Source: Candidatus Latescibacterota bacterium
GTDB taxonomy: Bacteria; Latescibacterota; UBA2968; GCA-2709665
Assembly (NCBI GenBank): GCA_965203805.1
Contig: OZ241917.1
Location: 224,001 to 288,000, forward strand
Reading direction: 5' to 3'
Length of the DNA stretch: 64,000 nt
Of this stretch, positions 1-10,888 are shown piece after piece. The position numbers and the translations under genes were made by a program. Below the pieces are notes generated by a model. That model had not been told where the DNA came from and ran no database searches. It saw only the letters and a list, made by a program, of their open reading frames with translations. Position 1 is the first letter of the stretch; every line of letters starts with the position of its first letter.

Positions 1-1
1 G

Positions 2-2719
2 GACATTAACCCCGTTGCCTGGTTCATTCTCAAGTGTACCCTTGAGTACCCGCAAAGGCTTGTCGGGCAGACCCGACCACTACCTGAGTTTGCGTTGCAG
101 GACCAGAAATTCATGGAAGATTACTTAAAGGAACAAGGGTTTAGGGGTGCGAGCCTGCGGACCCTTCTGGAACGGCTTGGCCACGGTAGCAGTGGCAATA
201 CACAACTCGATATCGTACAACAGGATGATCCCATCTTTAAGGCTGATCTTGCCTGGCATGTGCGCGCCTGGGGTCGCTGGGTGCTGGCAACGGCGCGTAG
301 GAAGCTTGCTTCGTATTACCCGACCTATGCGGAGTTTGAGCCACTTGAGACCGGGAGACAGTTCGAATCTCGCGCGATTAGGCTGCTAGAAACCGATGAT
401 GTCGGGGTTACTAGACTCGATCCGCTCAACGCCGGTTTCGACGCCGCCTATCTAAAGGATCCCCGTAACCCGCGCTGGATCGTCAAGCCTACGGTGGCCT
501 ATCTGTGGGCGCGGACCGCGACCTGCAAGCAATGCCGCACCACGCTGCCGCTGCTTAAGACACGCTGGTTGTGTAAGAAGGATCGGAAACGCGTGCTACT
601 TACGATCGAGCCAGGTGATAACGAGAACGGCGTCGGCTTTGGCATACGCAACGACGTACCGAAACATGGCGGCAACGCGGCACAGAGGCGTGAGCACGAC
701 AAACGCGTTGGCGCGGGCACCATGTCGCGCACCGGCGCGACCTGCCCGTGTTGTGGAACAATTATGACCATGGAGGACATCCGATTTGAAGGACGCGCAG
801 GACGGCTGAGTGCGACCATTACAACTGTGGTGGTGGACGGGCCAAAGGGCAAGGAATACCGTTTGCCAACGGACCATGAGCGGACGGTGGCGGACGTAAC
901 CGAGAATCAACTTGAGGAGCTCTATGCGGATGTCCCGTTCGGTTTGCCGGAGGAACAGACGCCCAAGGCGGGAATCGGGGCATCGCGGGCATTTTCGGTC
1001 GATGGTTATGGCTTCGACACGTGGCGCAAGCTCTTTACGAATCGTCAACTGTTAGCCCTCGGCGAGTTCGTTTACGTGTTAAATACGATGTCAAGGAAAC
1101 TCGCCGACTGCACTCCTAAATGGAGAGAATCTCTCGTTGCGATGTGCTTGCCCATCATCAGCCGAATTGCAGATCGAGGAAGCACGTTGGCGACATGGAC
1201 CAATAATCCCGAAAAAATCAGAAGTACATTTGCACGATTCGCGTTGCCCATTACCTGGGATTTTTCAGAATCCGCACCTCTTTCTGACACTACGGGAGGT
1301 TTTGTACAATCCGTCGATTGGGTGTTCAAGGTATGCAGTCATCTACAGAAGAGTGTCGATACAGCTAGAACGGGACAGACAGCGTGCGCCTCGGCTGTCC
1401 ACTGCAAAAACGAAAGTGTGGATCTGATCCTGACCGATCCACCCTATTACGACGCGATTCCCTATTCAGACCTAATGGATTTCTTCTACGTGTGGTTGAG
1501 GCGATCTATTTTGGGATTATCGCCTGAGTTAAATTTGGCTTTCTCTAGTACTCTCGGCCCCAAATGGGATCACGGCAACGACGACGGAGAACTCATTGAT
1601 GACGCAAGCAGATTTGACGGCGACAGAGAACGGTCAAAGCAGAATTACGAAGACGGCATCGCTCGTTCATTCCGCTCCTGTCACTCTGCACTAAGGCCGG
1701 ATGGACGGCTCGTGGTCGTATTTGCCAATAAACATCCCGACGCGTGGGAGACGTTGGTCGCCGCGCTGATTAGATCGGGTTTCGTGGTGAACGGCTCCTG
1801 GCCGATCCAGACGGAAATGAGTAACCGAAACCGAGCAATAGCCTCGGCCGCTCTTTCATCTTCCGTTTGGATTGTCTGCAAAAAACGATCAGTCGCACGC
1901 CCCGGATGGGACAATAATGTGCTCAACGAGATGCGCGAGAACATTAGCCATAAGCTCCGGGAATTCTGGGACGCAGGTATTCGTGGGCCCGACTTTGTAT
2001 GGGCGGCGACCGGTCCGGCTCTCGAAGCGTTTAGCAAGCACCCCGTCGTCAAGAAAGCAAATGACCCGAACCAATTAATGACAGTGTCGGAGTTCCTGCG
2101 CGAAGTGCGCCGCATGGTCGTTGATTTCGTCGTCGGTCGAGTACTAATCCGAGATGCCGACCAAGAAACTGAGACTGGACTCGACGACGTGACTACCTAT
2201 TACCTGCTCCATCGCTACGACTTTGGCCTGGAAGACGCACCAGTCGGTGGCTGTATTCTCTACGCGTTGTCCTGTAACCTATCTGACACAGCTTTAATCA
2301 ACCATCACGACCTCCTCGCACAACCGGGCAAAGGAGGTGGCGACGATCTCGATGAGGACGACCCGCCCGAGGACGCGGAAGAGTCAGGCGGAGGTGCCAA
2401 GGTCAAACTCAAACCTTGGAGCCGCCGGAGGAGCCGCAATCTTGGACTGGAGTCACCCAGTGGTCGCTCTGTACCACTAATCGACCAGTTACACAAGCTT
2501 ATGCACCTCTGGCGCGGCGGCGACCAGGTCAAGGTTGACGACTACCTCGACACACGCGGCCTTCAGCGCAACGCCTTGTTCAATCAGATCCTTCAAGCTC
2601 TTATCGAATTGGCCGACCGTCGTTCCGACGAGCGTTCGATTCTCGAATCCCTAAGCAACCATATAGCCGCCCGTGGCGATGTCGGGACACCGGGGCAGGC
2701 GCGGATTCAGTTCCGGTAA
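2..2719 (+). CDS. DUF1156-family adenine-specific DNA methyltransferase with Zn ribbon (5' truncated by window edge)
   Basis: Frame is open from nt 2 (DINPVAWFILKCTLEYP, a typical DUF1156 segment), upstream of the called start at 95. Contains CKQC/CPCC Zn ribbons, FTNRQLLAL and the catalytic TDPPYYD motif. Confidence 0.9.
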   Translation, partial: DINPVAWFILKCTLEYPQRLVGQTRPLPEFALQDQKFMEDYLKEQGFRGASLRTLLERLGHGSSGNTQLDIVQQDDPIFKADLAWHVRAWGRWVLATARRKLASYYPTYAEFEPLETGRQFESRAIRLLETDDVGVTRLDPLNAGFDAAYLKDPRNPRWIVKPTVAYLWARTATCKQCRTTLPLLKTRWLCKKDRKRVLLTIEPGDNENGVGFGIRNDVPKHGGNAAQRREHDKRVGAGTMSRTGATCPCCGTIMTMEDIRFEGRAGRLSATITTVVVDGPKGKEYRLPTDHERTVADVTENQLEELYADVPFGLPEEQTPKAGIGASRAFSVDGYGFDTWRKLFTNRQLLALGEFVYVLNTMSRKLADCTPKWRESLVAMCLPIISRIADRGSTLATWTNNPEKIRSTFARFALPITWDFSESAPLSDTTGGFVQSVDWVFKVCSHLQKSVDTARTGQTACASAVHCKNESVDLILTDPPYYDAIPYSDLMDFFYVWLRRSILGLSPELNLAFSSTLGPKWDHGNDDGELIDDASRFDGDRERSKQNYEDGIARSFRSCHSALRPDGRLVVVFANKHPDAWETLVAALIRSGFVVNGSWPIQTEMSNRNRAIASAALSSSVWIVCKKRSVARPGWDNNVLNEMRENISHKLREFWDAGIRGPDFVWAATGPALEAFSKHPVVKKANDPNQLMTVSEFLREVRRMVVDFVVGRVLIRDADQETETGLDDVTTYYLLHRYDFGLEDAPVGGCILYALSCNLSDTALINHHDLLAQPGKGGGDDLDEDDPPEDAEESGGGAKVKLKPWSRRRSRNLGLESPSGRSVPLIDQLHKLMHLWRGGDQVKVDDYLDTRGLQRNALFNQILQALIELADRRSDERSILESLSNHIAARGDVGTPGQARIQFR

Positions 2720-2756
2720 GAGGAACGGTGTACAGCAAATTTGCCAGGAGGTATCA

Positions 2757-5378
2757 GTGTCTATGTACCAGGCGCTTCGCAATTTGCTTAGGACTGACGA
2801 ATTCACGGTAGAGGAACAGTTCGAAATTCCGGGTCGGCAGGCGCGGTATACGGCAGTACCGAGGTTCTTGTTCGAGTCACGCGTTGGACGGCATCTCCGA
2901 GAGCAGGCCGAGCGCCACGTTTGGCAAGGGCCGCTGTGGGATCACCAAGCCCAGGCGTTGGAGGCGCTTGGGCGAGGTGAAAACGTCGTTCTTTCGACGA
3001 GTACAGCGTCAGGTAAGAGTCTTGTATTCCGGTCGATTTCGTTCCACAAAGCTCTTCTGAATCCTGACAGCCGTGCTATCGTTTTCTATCCGCTAAAGGC
3101 GCTCGCTGCAGACCAGATACGTGGCTGGCGGGAAATGGCGCGAGAGCTTGATCTTAAAGAAGGCGTCATCGGGAGAATAGATGGGTCGGTACCAGTCAAA
3201 GAACGTGAAGAAGTACTTCAACGTGCTCGCATCGTTATAATGACTCCGGATGTTTGTCATGCGTGGCTAATGTCCCGCTTGTCACTACCCCTGGCAAGGG
3301 ATTTTCTGCGTAGGGTTTCAACAGTAGTTATCGACGAAGCGCACACACTGGAAGGCGTATTTGGGAGCAACTTTGCATTTCTCTTTCGTCGGCTCATTGC
3401 AGCACGCAATAACCTTCTGAATGAAGTAGAAGACGAAAAGCCGCTACAATTCGTAGCCGCGACCGCGACCATCAAGAATCCCGGTGAGCACCTTAGGCAT
3501 CTTGTCGGTTCCAAGTTCACTGTAATTGACCATATGTCGGATGCCGCTCCACAGTACAATCGGATTGTAGCACACGTCTCGTGTCAAAATGGTGAAGAGC
3601 ACGAAGTAGCCAAGGCACTCCATGGTCGTGTGCTCGCACCTGGCACCGAAGGGGGATTCATCACGTTCGTGGATTCAAGGAAGGGCGTGGAAGGCCTGGC
3701 CGTAGCGACTCAAGATGCATCAAGAGACGAAGCGATAGCTAACTCGCTGAGTGATGCCGAGGTACTTCCTTACCGGGCTGGTTACGACGCTACGGATCGT
3801 CAGAAGATCGAACAAAGGCTACAGTCGGGAACCCTTAGAGGAATCGTCTCGACGTCGGCGCTTGAACTCGGAATCGACATTCTTCACTTGGCGGTAGGAT
3901 TCAACATAGGGGTTCCTGCAACGCGCAAGGCTTATCGGCAGAGGCTTGGACGGGTTGGAAGAAGTGGACCTGGCGCATTCGTAGTGATTGCCCCCGAACT
4001 TGCGTTTCGAAGTTTCGGGACCACCTTTCGTGAGTATCATGAGATGTCGGTTGAACCGTCCTATCTGTACCTGGACAATCGTTTCATGCAATTTGCCCAT
4101 GGACGTTGCTTGGCTGCCGAGTTGGAATCCCTCGGCGCCCCGCCTGCCACGCCTTCCCGTGTTGACTGGCCCAAGGGATTCAAACAGATGCACTTGGCTG
4201 CCCGTCCCGGCGGTGCCAGAGCACCAGAATATGACTCCATCGCCGCACTCGGAGGAGACACGCCCCATTTTGGCTATCCGCTTCGCAATGTCGGCGAACT
4301 CAACTATCTTATAACAAGGGGATCGAATGACGACAGCTTCGGTCAGGTCAGCCAGCTCCAAGCTCTAAGGGAGTGCTACCCTGGCGCCACCTACCTGCAC
4401 CTGACAAAGCCATATCAGATCGTCGCCTGGCACGCGAGTACGTTTGAGCCCTTCATCCGTGTAAAACCTTGTCGCCCGGGAAGATCGACACGGCCAAGAA
4501 TCACGACGTGGATTAACGCATCAGTAGCGCCTAATGACATCCAGGGTCGCCACTTTATTAGGGGCGAGAATGGATTTCTTGTTGAATGTCTAATGCAGAT
4601 TACGGAACGCGTGGAAGGATACATAGATGGATCAAGTGGTCATTTTCACTCCTACCAAGATCTCCAACAAAAGAACCCAAACATGCGGGCGCGCTCTCGT
4701 AATTTTCGCACAAGTGGGGTAGTGCTCTGTATCGACAAGGATTGGTTCAAGAATGCATCGGTGAAACGGTCTTTTGCTGAGAGGCTTCGTGAGGTGTTCG
4801 TGCGGGAATATAGTATCTCGACACAAGATGTTGGCTCGGCAGGCACGAACATCTCTGTTCGAAGCGTTGACGGAAGCAGAATAAGTGGGGGATGCGTCGC
4901 GATATATGACGAGACCTATGGCAGCCTGCGTCTTACTGAAAGGCTCTATATCGAATTCGAGCATGTTCTGACTCGACTGTCACACGCCGTGGCGGTAGAC
5001 CCGATCGATGAAGGAGACGAACTTGAAAAGGTCGTGGCACAGGTGAGAATTGAAGTGGACGCGTTCAGCGAAACTCTGATGGGAGCGCCGGATAACGAGA
5101 TGACGCATAGTCGAACCGGCTACGATCAGGTCTTTTCTAAAGGGTCTACGGTCTGTTACCAAGTGGCCGGGCAAATGGCAATCGATGTCGAAGTCATCCA
5201 GCCAACAATTTTGAATGGAACATTGATGTACCAGGTAACCCTTCCACAGAGGGGCGCGAAGCGGTGGATTTCAGCGGCAGACATAGCCCCGTCCGCGAAC
5301 GCCGACGCTTGGGATATTGCTTGGTGGAATCGCGACACCGAAACTTATGAGGATCCACCGGAAGGGGAGGAGTCATAG
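2757..5378 (+). CDS. DEAD/DEAH-box helicase, MrfA/YprA/Hrq1 (DUF1998)-like, lacking the C-terminal Cys cluster
   Basis: Motifs TSTASGKS, YPLKALAADQ, IDEAHTLEGVFGSN, STSALELGIDI, QRLGRVGR. AGGAGG precedes GTG 2757 / ATG 2763. Confidence 0.85.
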   Translation: MSMYQALRNLLRTDEFTVEEQFEIPGRQARYTAVPRFLFESRVGRHLREQAERHVWQGPLWDHQAQALEALGRGENVVLSTSTASGKSLVFRSISFHKALLNPDSRAIVFYPLKALAADQIRGWREMARELDLKEGVIGRIDGSVPVKEREEVLQRARIVIMTPDVCHAWLMSRLSLPLARDFLRRVSTVVIDEAHTLEGVFGSNFAFLFRRLIAARNNLLNEVEDEKPLQFVAATATIKNPGEHLRHLVGSKFTVIDHMSDAAPQYNRIVAHVSCQNGEEHEVAKALHGRVLAPGTEGGFITFVDSRKGVEGLAVATQDASRDEAIANSLSDAEVLPYRAGYDATDRQKIEQRLQSGTLRGIVSTSALELGIDILHLAVGFNIGVPATRKAYRQRLGRVGRSGPGAFVVIAPELAFRSFGTTFREYHEMSVEPSYLYLDNRFMQFAHGRCLAAELESLGAPPATPSRVDWPKGFKQMHLAARPGGARAPEYDSIAALGGDTPHFGYPLRNVGELNYLITRGSNDDSFGQVSQLQALRECYPGATYLHLTKPYQIVAWHASTFEPFIRVKPCRPGRSTRPRITTWINASVAPNDIQGRHFIRGENGFLVECLMQITERVEGYIDGSSGHFHSYQDLQQKNPNMRARSRNFRTSGVVLCIDKDWFKNASVKRSFAERLREVFVREYSISTQDVGSAGTNISVRSVDGSRISGGCVAIYDETYGSLRLTERLYIEFEHVLTRLSHAVAVDPIDEGDELEKVVAQVRIEVDAFSETLMGAPDNEMTHSRTGYDQVFSKGSTVCYQVAGQMAIDVEVIQPTILNGTLMYQVTLPQRGAKRWISAADIAPSANADAWDIAWWNRDTETYEDPPEGEES

Positions 5379-5637
5379 GCGGAAAATTCTGGCCCCCTCA
5401 AGAACACTATGACTTTCCACTTACAATGGACGTCAGACTCCTTTATCTGCCTACTCCATTTTCTTTTCGTTTCACGCGTTGGGATTATGTGGGCTTCCCA
5501 GCAATACGTTTGTGGATTTGCCCGAAATCATTGAGGCGCTTGAGCGATCGATTCCTGAGATTTCGAGCGAAAATGTGGTGAGGATTCATCGACCAATGTA
5601 GAGTTATTTACAGTGTATTGGAAACGACGAGGACGAT

Positions 5638-8600
5638 ATGTCAATTAGACCTTCGATTAAACCTTGGCACGAGGTGGTGCAGCTTCGTGATGACCTTAGA
5701 TCCGGTGAATTGCCACTGGCGATATTCGCCGCTGATCTGTACGACGTGGTGATGCAGAAGGGTTCGCGTCCCGCATACGAGCGGCCTGAAGACTTTTTCG
5801 CCTTGACCTATGCGACTTTAAATCTTCGTGAACTGGTCAAAGATGTGGCGATGAGGCTGTCCGGGCAGAGCGACAAGGCCTATAGAAAATTGTCGGTAAA
5901 TTACGGCGGTGGAAAGACCCACACACTCATCGCGTTGCGGCATCTTGCATACAATCCGGACAATCTTCCAGACCTGCCGTCGGTGAAGGATTTCGATGCA
6001 CACATCGGGTTCAGGATGCCTAAAGCCCGCGTGGTGGCGCTATGCTTCGATAAAATCGACCTGGAAAAAGGTGTCGAGACCCTGGGCCCCTGCGGGGAGA
6101 TCAGAATGCTGAAGCATCCGTGGAGCATCCTCGCCTTTCAACTGGCGGGGGCCGACGGTCTACGACTCATACACGCTGACGGCGGGGACGAAGAGCGTGA
6201 GACGCCGCCGGCAGAACCGTTATTGGCGGAGCTTCTGTCAAGACCACAAGCGGAGGAGCTATCGACGCTGGTGCTGCTTGACGAAGTCCTTATGTACGTT
6301 CGTACACTGGTTGAGTCGCACCCGGATTCGCGGGGACGCCTGGTCAGTTTTTTCCAATATCTGACCCAGGCCGTGGTCAAAGTGGACCGCTGTGCCATGG
6401 TAGCCTCGCTTCTCGCATCGGATCCGCGGAAGCACGACGAATTCGGAAACGAACTCCTGCGTGACGTAGGCGATGTCTTCGGTCGGCAAATGGAGGAGGA
6501 TGCAAGTCCCGTAAGCAAGGAGGACGTGGCGGAAGTGCTGCGGCGTCGATTCTTTAAGCCGGAATCCATCCGTGACCCGGGAAAATTTCGACCCGTTGTC
6601 ACTTCTATAGTCGGCAGCATCGCAACGCTAGACGAACAGACGGCAAAGGAACGTGGAGCGGCCGAGGAGCGATTCCTTGCCAGTTATCCGTTCCACCCCG
6701 ACCTCACTGAGGTCTTCTACACCCGCTGGACGCAACTCGAAGGGTTTCAACGAACTCGTGGAATCTTACGTACGTTTGCCATTGGATTGCGCGATGCCGA
6801 GACGTGGGATACGAGTCCGCTGGTCGGGCCGAATATTCTGCTGGCCGATCCGGAAAAGGAACCCTTGGCAGAAGCCGCCAGTGAACTTGCTTCCTTTGCC
6901 AGCGTGGACGCGGCCACCGGAAAGCACCAGGAATGGCGGCCGATCCTTGAAGGCGAGTTGACCAAGGCACGTGCCATTCAGACGGAGGCGACTGGCCTGA
7001 GCCATCGAGAAATGGAACAGGCTGTTATTGCCGTCTTTCTGAGTTCTCAGCCCATTGGCCACAAAGCGCTAACCCGGGAGCTTGTGTTACTAATCGGAGC
7101 GGCCAATCCTGATAAGATAGAACTTGAGAAGGCGCTGCGTCGTTGGATTGAACTTTCGTGGTTTCTCGATGAAGCGGAAGTCGCCACCGGGGAAGACGGA
7201 TCCGACCGGCAATTGCCCAGGGCATGGAGGCTGGGCAATCGTCCCAACCTTCGACAGATGCACCACGATGCCTGCAGCAATCGTGTGCCTCCGCCTTTGG
7301 TTGATGCGCAAGTGATCGATGCGATTGAGAAACAGCGATCGCTTACCTCTGGCGCGGCCGCAGCCGGTGCAACCGTGCACAACCTTCCCGAGAGACCTCG
7401 AGACATCGGGGACGACGGGAAGTTTCACTACGCCGTACTCGGCTCCGATGCGGTATCCGAGTCCGGTAAACCAAGCAGCGTCGCTAGGCGATTCATCGAT
7501 GAGAAGACTGCTTCTGATCGCCCGCGCGTGAATCGGAACGCAATCGTCCTCGCCGTTCCTTCGAAGGACGGTTTGGATGCACTGCGTGTTCGTGTGCGAG
7601 AGCATCTCGGCTGGATGGAGGTTGGCGAACAACTCAAGGAACAGCCAATCGACCCGATTCGCGAACAGATGCTCTCGAGCGAAACACGGGCGTCACAAAG
7701 GCGGATTCCAGAAGCCGTCACCCAGGCCTATTCCATTGTTGTTACGGTGAATGAAAGCAACGACGTCCACGCCTTCAGAGTCGTCGTGACGGACGAACCC
7801 TTGTTCACGACCATAAAGGCCGACAAGCGAGCCCGCATCCAGGAAGCGCCGATAAACTCGGAAGCAATGATGCCCGGCGGTCCCTACGACTTATGGCGGG
7901 AAGACGAACCGTCACGCCGGGTCAGGGATCTCGTAGGAGCCTTCGCGCAGTTTGCAAAGTTACCGAAAATGCTGCGGCATAAGGAAATTCTGGACACCGT
8001 GGTTCAGGGCGTTCAGGAAGGGATATGGGTGGCGCAGGTATCCCGCCCTGACAGGACAATCAGGACCTTCTGGCGAACGCCCATCGACGACACGGCCCTA
8101 CAAGATCCCGGTCTGGAGGTGTTTCTCCCGGAGGCAGCTACCTTAAGCGAATTGGCGCCAGAGTTGCTTGTACACAATCAGCTCCCCGGGCTCTGGGGGT
8201 CCGATGAACTCACAGTACAGGATGTCTATGACTATTTCTCTGGTGGCCATACGGTAGTCGTTCCAAGGGAGGGCTATGAAGAGACAATTGTGATCCCGAA
8301 ATGTGACTCGAAAGATGTGGAAGGCGCTATTTCCCAAGCCGTCGAACAGGGTCAGGTGTGGTTGACAGCCGGCCCGGCCTCGATTCTAAAGGAGCCCTTG
8401 CCGCCCGGCGTACTCACGGCCTCTGCAGTGTTGAGGCCGCCACCGGAGGGTATCGACGTTACACAATTGATGCCACAGTCGATTCCGGGCGCTTGGGTAG
8501 AAGGCAAGGCCAACGCGCTCGCTATTTCGGCCACGCTCTCGGCTCAATGGGGAATGACCCTGCCCTGGTCGACGGTCGAATCGGTGATTGACTCTGGTAT

Positions 8601-8958
8601 ACGTGCTCGGTGGATCGAGCTCAGCCCTGACAGCGTTGAGTGGCCGTGCGGTATTGGCAATGCACAGCATGTAATTCTGCAGATTCCGTTGCAGAAGGGC
8701 GTCGGAGAAGCTGGCGGCGGATCATATGGAACCGGGGATCAACCAAAGGGCGCGCTCCGTGCTGAAGCCGTACTTGAAGCCAATGGTATTCAGGACCTGG
8801 CGGATCAGATTCCGGACATGACTAAAACTTCGATCGGCACGGATCTCAAATTTACCGTCCGGGTTGATTTGGGGGGAGAGAAATCGCCTGATCCGAAAAC
8901 GGTGGAGAAAATCAATGAACTGCTTTCCGAGGTGTCGGATGAGTTTAAGTTGGAGTGA
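5638..8958 (+). CDS. DUF499-family AAA+ ATPase (BrxC-related)
   Basis: N-terminal PWHEVVQLRDD...FAADL, Walker A YGGGKTH, Walker B LLDE, SYPFHP, FQRTRGILR. Confidence 0.9.
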   Translation: MSIRPSIKPWHEVVQLRDDLRSGELPLAIFAADLYDVVMQKGSRPAYERPEDFFALTYATLNLRELVKDVAMRLSGQSDKAYRKLSVNYGGGKTHTLIALRHLAYNPDNLPDLPSVKDFDAHIGFRMPKARVVALCFDKIDLEKGVETLGPCGEIRMLKHPWSILAFQLAGADGLRLIHADGGDEERETPPAEPLLAELLSRPQAEELSTLVLLDEVLMYVRTLVESHPDSRGRLVSFFQYLTQAVVKVDRCAMVASLLASDPRKHDEFGNELLRDVGDVFGRQMEEDASPVSKEDVAEVLRRRFFKPESIRDPGKFRPVVTSIVGSIATLDEQTAKERGAAEERFLASYPFHPDLTEVFYTRWTQLEGFQRTRGILRTFAIGLRDAETWDTSPLVGPNILLADPEKEPLAEAASELASFASVDAATGKHQEWRPILEGELTKARAIQTEATGLSHREMEQAVIAVFLSSQPIGHKALTRELVLLIGAANPDKIELEKALRRWIELSWFLDEAEVATGEDGSDRQLPRAWRLGNRPNLRQMHHDACSNRVPPPLVDAQVIDAIEKQRSLTSGAAAAGATVHNLPERPRDIGDDGKFHYAVLGSDAVSESGKPSSVARRFIDEKTASDRPRVNRNAIVLAVPSKDGLDALRVRVREHLGWMEVGEQLKEQPIDPIREQMLSSETRASQRRIPEAVTQAYSIVVTVNESNDVHAFRVVVTDEPLFTTIKADKRARIQEAPINSEAMMPGGPYDLWREDEPSRRVRDLVGAFAQFAKLPKMLRHKEILDTVVQGVQEGIWVAQVSRPDRTIRTFWRTPIDDTALQDPGLEVFLPEAATLSELAPELLVHNQLPGLWGSDELTVQDVYDYFSGGHTVVVPREGYEETIVIPKCDSKDVEGAISQAVEQGQVWLTAGPASILKEPLPPGVLTASAVLRPPPEGIDVTQLMPQSIPGAWVEGKANALAISATLSAQWGMTLPWSTVESVIDSGIRARWIELSPDSVEWPCGIGNAQHVILQIPLQKGVGEAGGGSYGTGDQPKGALRAEAVLEANGIQDLADQIPDMTKTSIGTDLKFTVRVDLGGEKSPDPKTVEKINELLSEVSDEFKLE

Positions 8959-9068
8959 AAAGTAACACCCGAAAGACGTCGTATCCTCTTGTCTTTGGGT
9001 AGTCCTTTTTCCAGATTATCTCTGTCAGCATCAGGTCACGATGGATAAACCTCAAGGGATGCCACAAT

Positions 9069-10028
9069 ATGCCAACCCAAGACCCAAACGACCTGTCTTT
9101 TGACTTCGATGTCTGTCTGTCCTTCGCTGGCGAAGAAAGAGAATATGTCTACCAAGTGGCCAACCAGCTTCGGGAGCGCGGCATTCGGGTTTTTTACGAC
9201 AAATACGAAGATGCCACATTGTGGGGTAAAGATCTTTACGCGCATTTGGATGATATTTATCGTCATTCGGCGCGTTACTGCGTTATGTTTATCTCGAAGC
9301 ACTACGCAAAGAGACTGTGGACGAACCACGAACGACGGAGCGCCCAAGCTCGGGCGTTGAAGGACAATGCCGAGTACATTCTTCCTGCACGATTTGACTC
9401 AACGGAGATTCCAGGACTCCCCGGCACGATCGGATATGTCGATCTCCGCGAAATTAAAATGGAACGGCTCGTAGAGATGATTACGGAGAAGATCGGCCCA
9501 AGGCAAAACTTCAGTTACCTGCCACCTGTCCCCGATCGTCTTTTTCATTCCCTAGCCGTCAAAGACAAAACTGACCAAGATTTCGTACATCGAAGTGCGT
9601 GTAGTTTTCTCGAGTCACTAGGCAGAATGTCTAAAGAAGAACGCAGTGTCACATTTCAATTCGTCCTTAACGCTTGTCTAGAAGAGCTTCCCGATAATTT
9701 GCATATTAACATTGACTTACTCAGACGATACACCGGTTCCACTCCACAACGGCTTCGTCGTATACTGGGCGGCCTTCAATCCTTGGGATTCGAATCCCTC
9801 GTCCGAGATGATGAAGAGACAAGGCCTGGCCGGATTGGTAAGTCTGAAATGTTAGTTCTGCGATGGCACGATATGAAATACAACGGAATGGGAAATGCCA
9901 CGGATATTATCTACTCCATGATTCAAGGCGCTACTGAGGGATATTGTCACGAACACGCGATGTCGGCACTTGATCGGCTCGATTTTTCACAACTTGGAAC
10001 TGCATCCACAGAAATTGATGAACATTGA
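9069..10028 (+). CDS. TIR-domain protein with uncharacterised C-terminal domain
   Basis: FDVCLSFAGEER...GIRVFYD...LWGKDL...CVMFISKHY...WTNHER matches the bacterial TIR pattern, with the putative catalytic Glu retained. Confidence 0.9.
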   Translation: MPTQDPNDLSFDFDVCLSFAGEEREYVYQVANQLRERGIRVFYDKYEDATLWGKDLYAHLDDIYRHSARYCVMFISKHYAKRLWTNHERRSAQARALKDNAEYILPARFDSTEIPGLPGTIGYVDLREIKMERLVEMITEKIGPRQNFSYLPPVPDRLFHSLAVKDKTDQDFVHRSACSFLESLGRMSKEERSVTFQFVLNACLEELPDNLHINIDLLRRYTGSTPQRLRRILGGLQSLGFESLVRDDEETRPGRIGKSEMLVLRWHDMKYNGMGNATDIIYSMIQGATEGYCHEHAMSALDRLDFSQLGTASTEIDEH

Positions 10029-10295
10029 CGTATATTGACAATTTTTATCCGCTACTGGATACGGATCTCGGTTCTTGCTTTTCAGGGTCGGATAACCGTT
10101 CGCATTGGCAGCGATTGATCCGAGTGATTTTCGCTGGTTCGGTGCGGTGTATTCTGGCACCGAAGTTGCGGTTAAGACAATAGGCGAGATGAGATCCTGA
10201 GGAGTGCAACAGACTTATTCCCGCAACAGATCAGAATTGTAGTCCGGCCTGGATTTCGATGTTTATGGGTAACCGGTTTCCTGAACCGGAATAAC

Positions 10296-10739
10296 ACCAC
10301 TGCCACCTCACCCGTAGCTGCGTAGTCTGATGGTCGTTCAGGAGAAATACGAAAACTATCGAGGTCTATAGTACAGGCAGTCGTGAAAACGCCTCGTATT
10401 GAGATTTTCGTCAAAGGGGAGATTCAAGAAGAGCTCATGTCTGTTTTAAATGAGGAATACGCCGGACAGGTTCGGTTGTTGCAAGACAGTGGCGATGAAA
10501 TCGTCGATATCATCCAGACCGAATGGTATCGGAGCGTCAAATCCGGAATGACACCGGGCGACAATCTGAGGATTTACCGGGAGAATCAGGGCTTGACGCA
10601 GGCAAGGCTGGGCGAGATGATCGGGGGGATTCCGCGCCAACATATCTCGAATATGGAGCGGGAAGTCCGGTCAATCAGCCTGAAGACCGCTCGATAGTTG
10701 GCAGAGATATTGCGTGTGTCGCCACAGAAGTTTATTTGA
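10296..10739 (+). pseudogene. Degraded RelE/HigB toxin 3' remnant plus XRE-HTH antitoxin pseudogene (paralog of 31,664-32,264)
   Basis: DNA aligns by eye with 31,821-32,264. The toxin 5' part is absent and the remnant has a TGA. The antitoxin has lost its ATG and has TAG at 10,695 where the intact copy has AAG. Confidence 0.85.
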
Positions 10740-10888
10740 AGGTATGGAATGGCAAACGGCCCCCGACAGGAGCCAACGTGAAGGTTTCAGCATCATGAGG
10801 TCATCCGGATTCGAATGGTAATGACTCCGTACATTGACTGCGTTGCCGACGCGCCCCAAGGCACGTCTTCCGCAAAGGACGTACAAAC

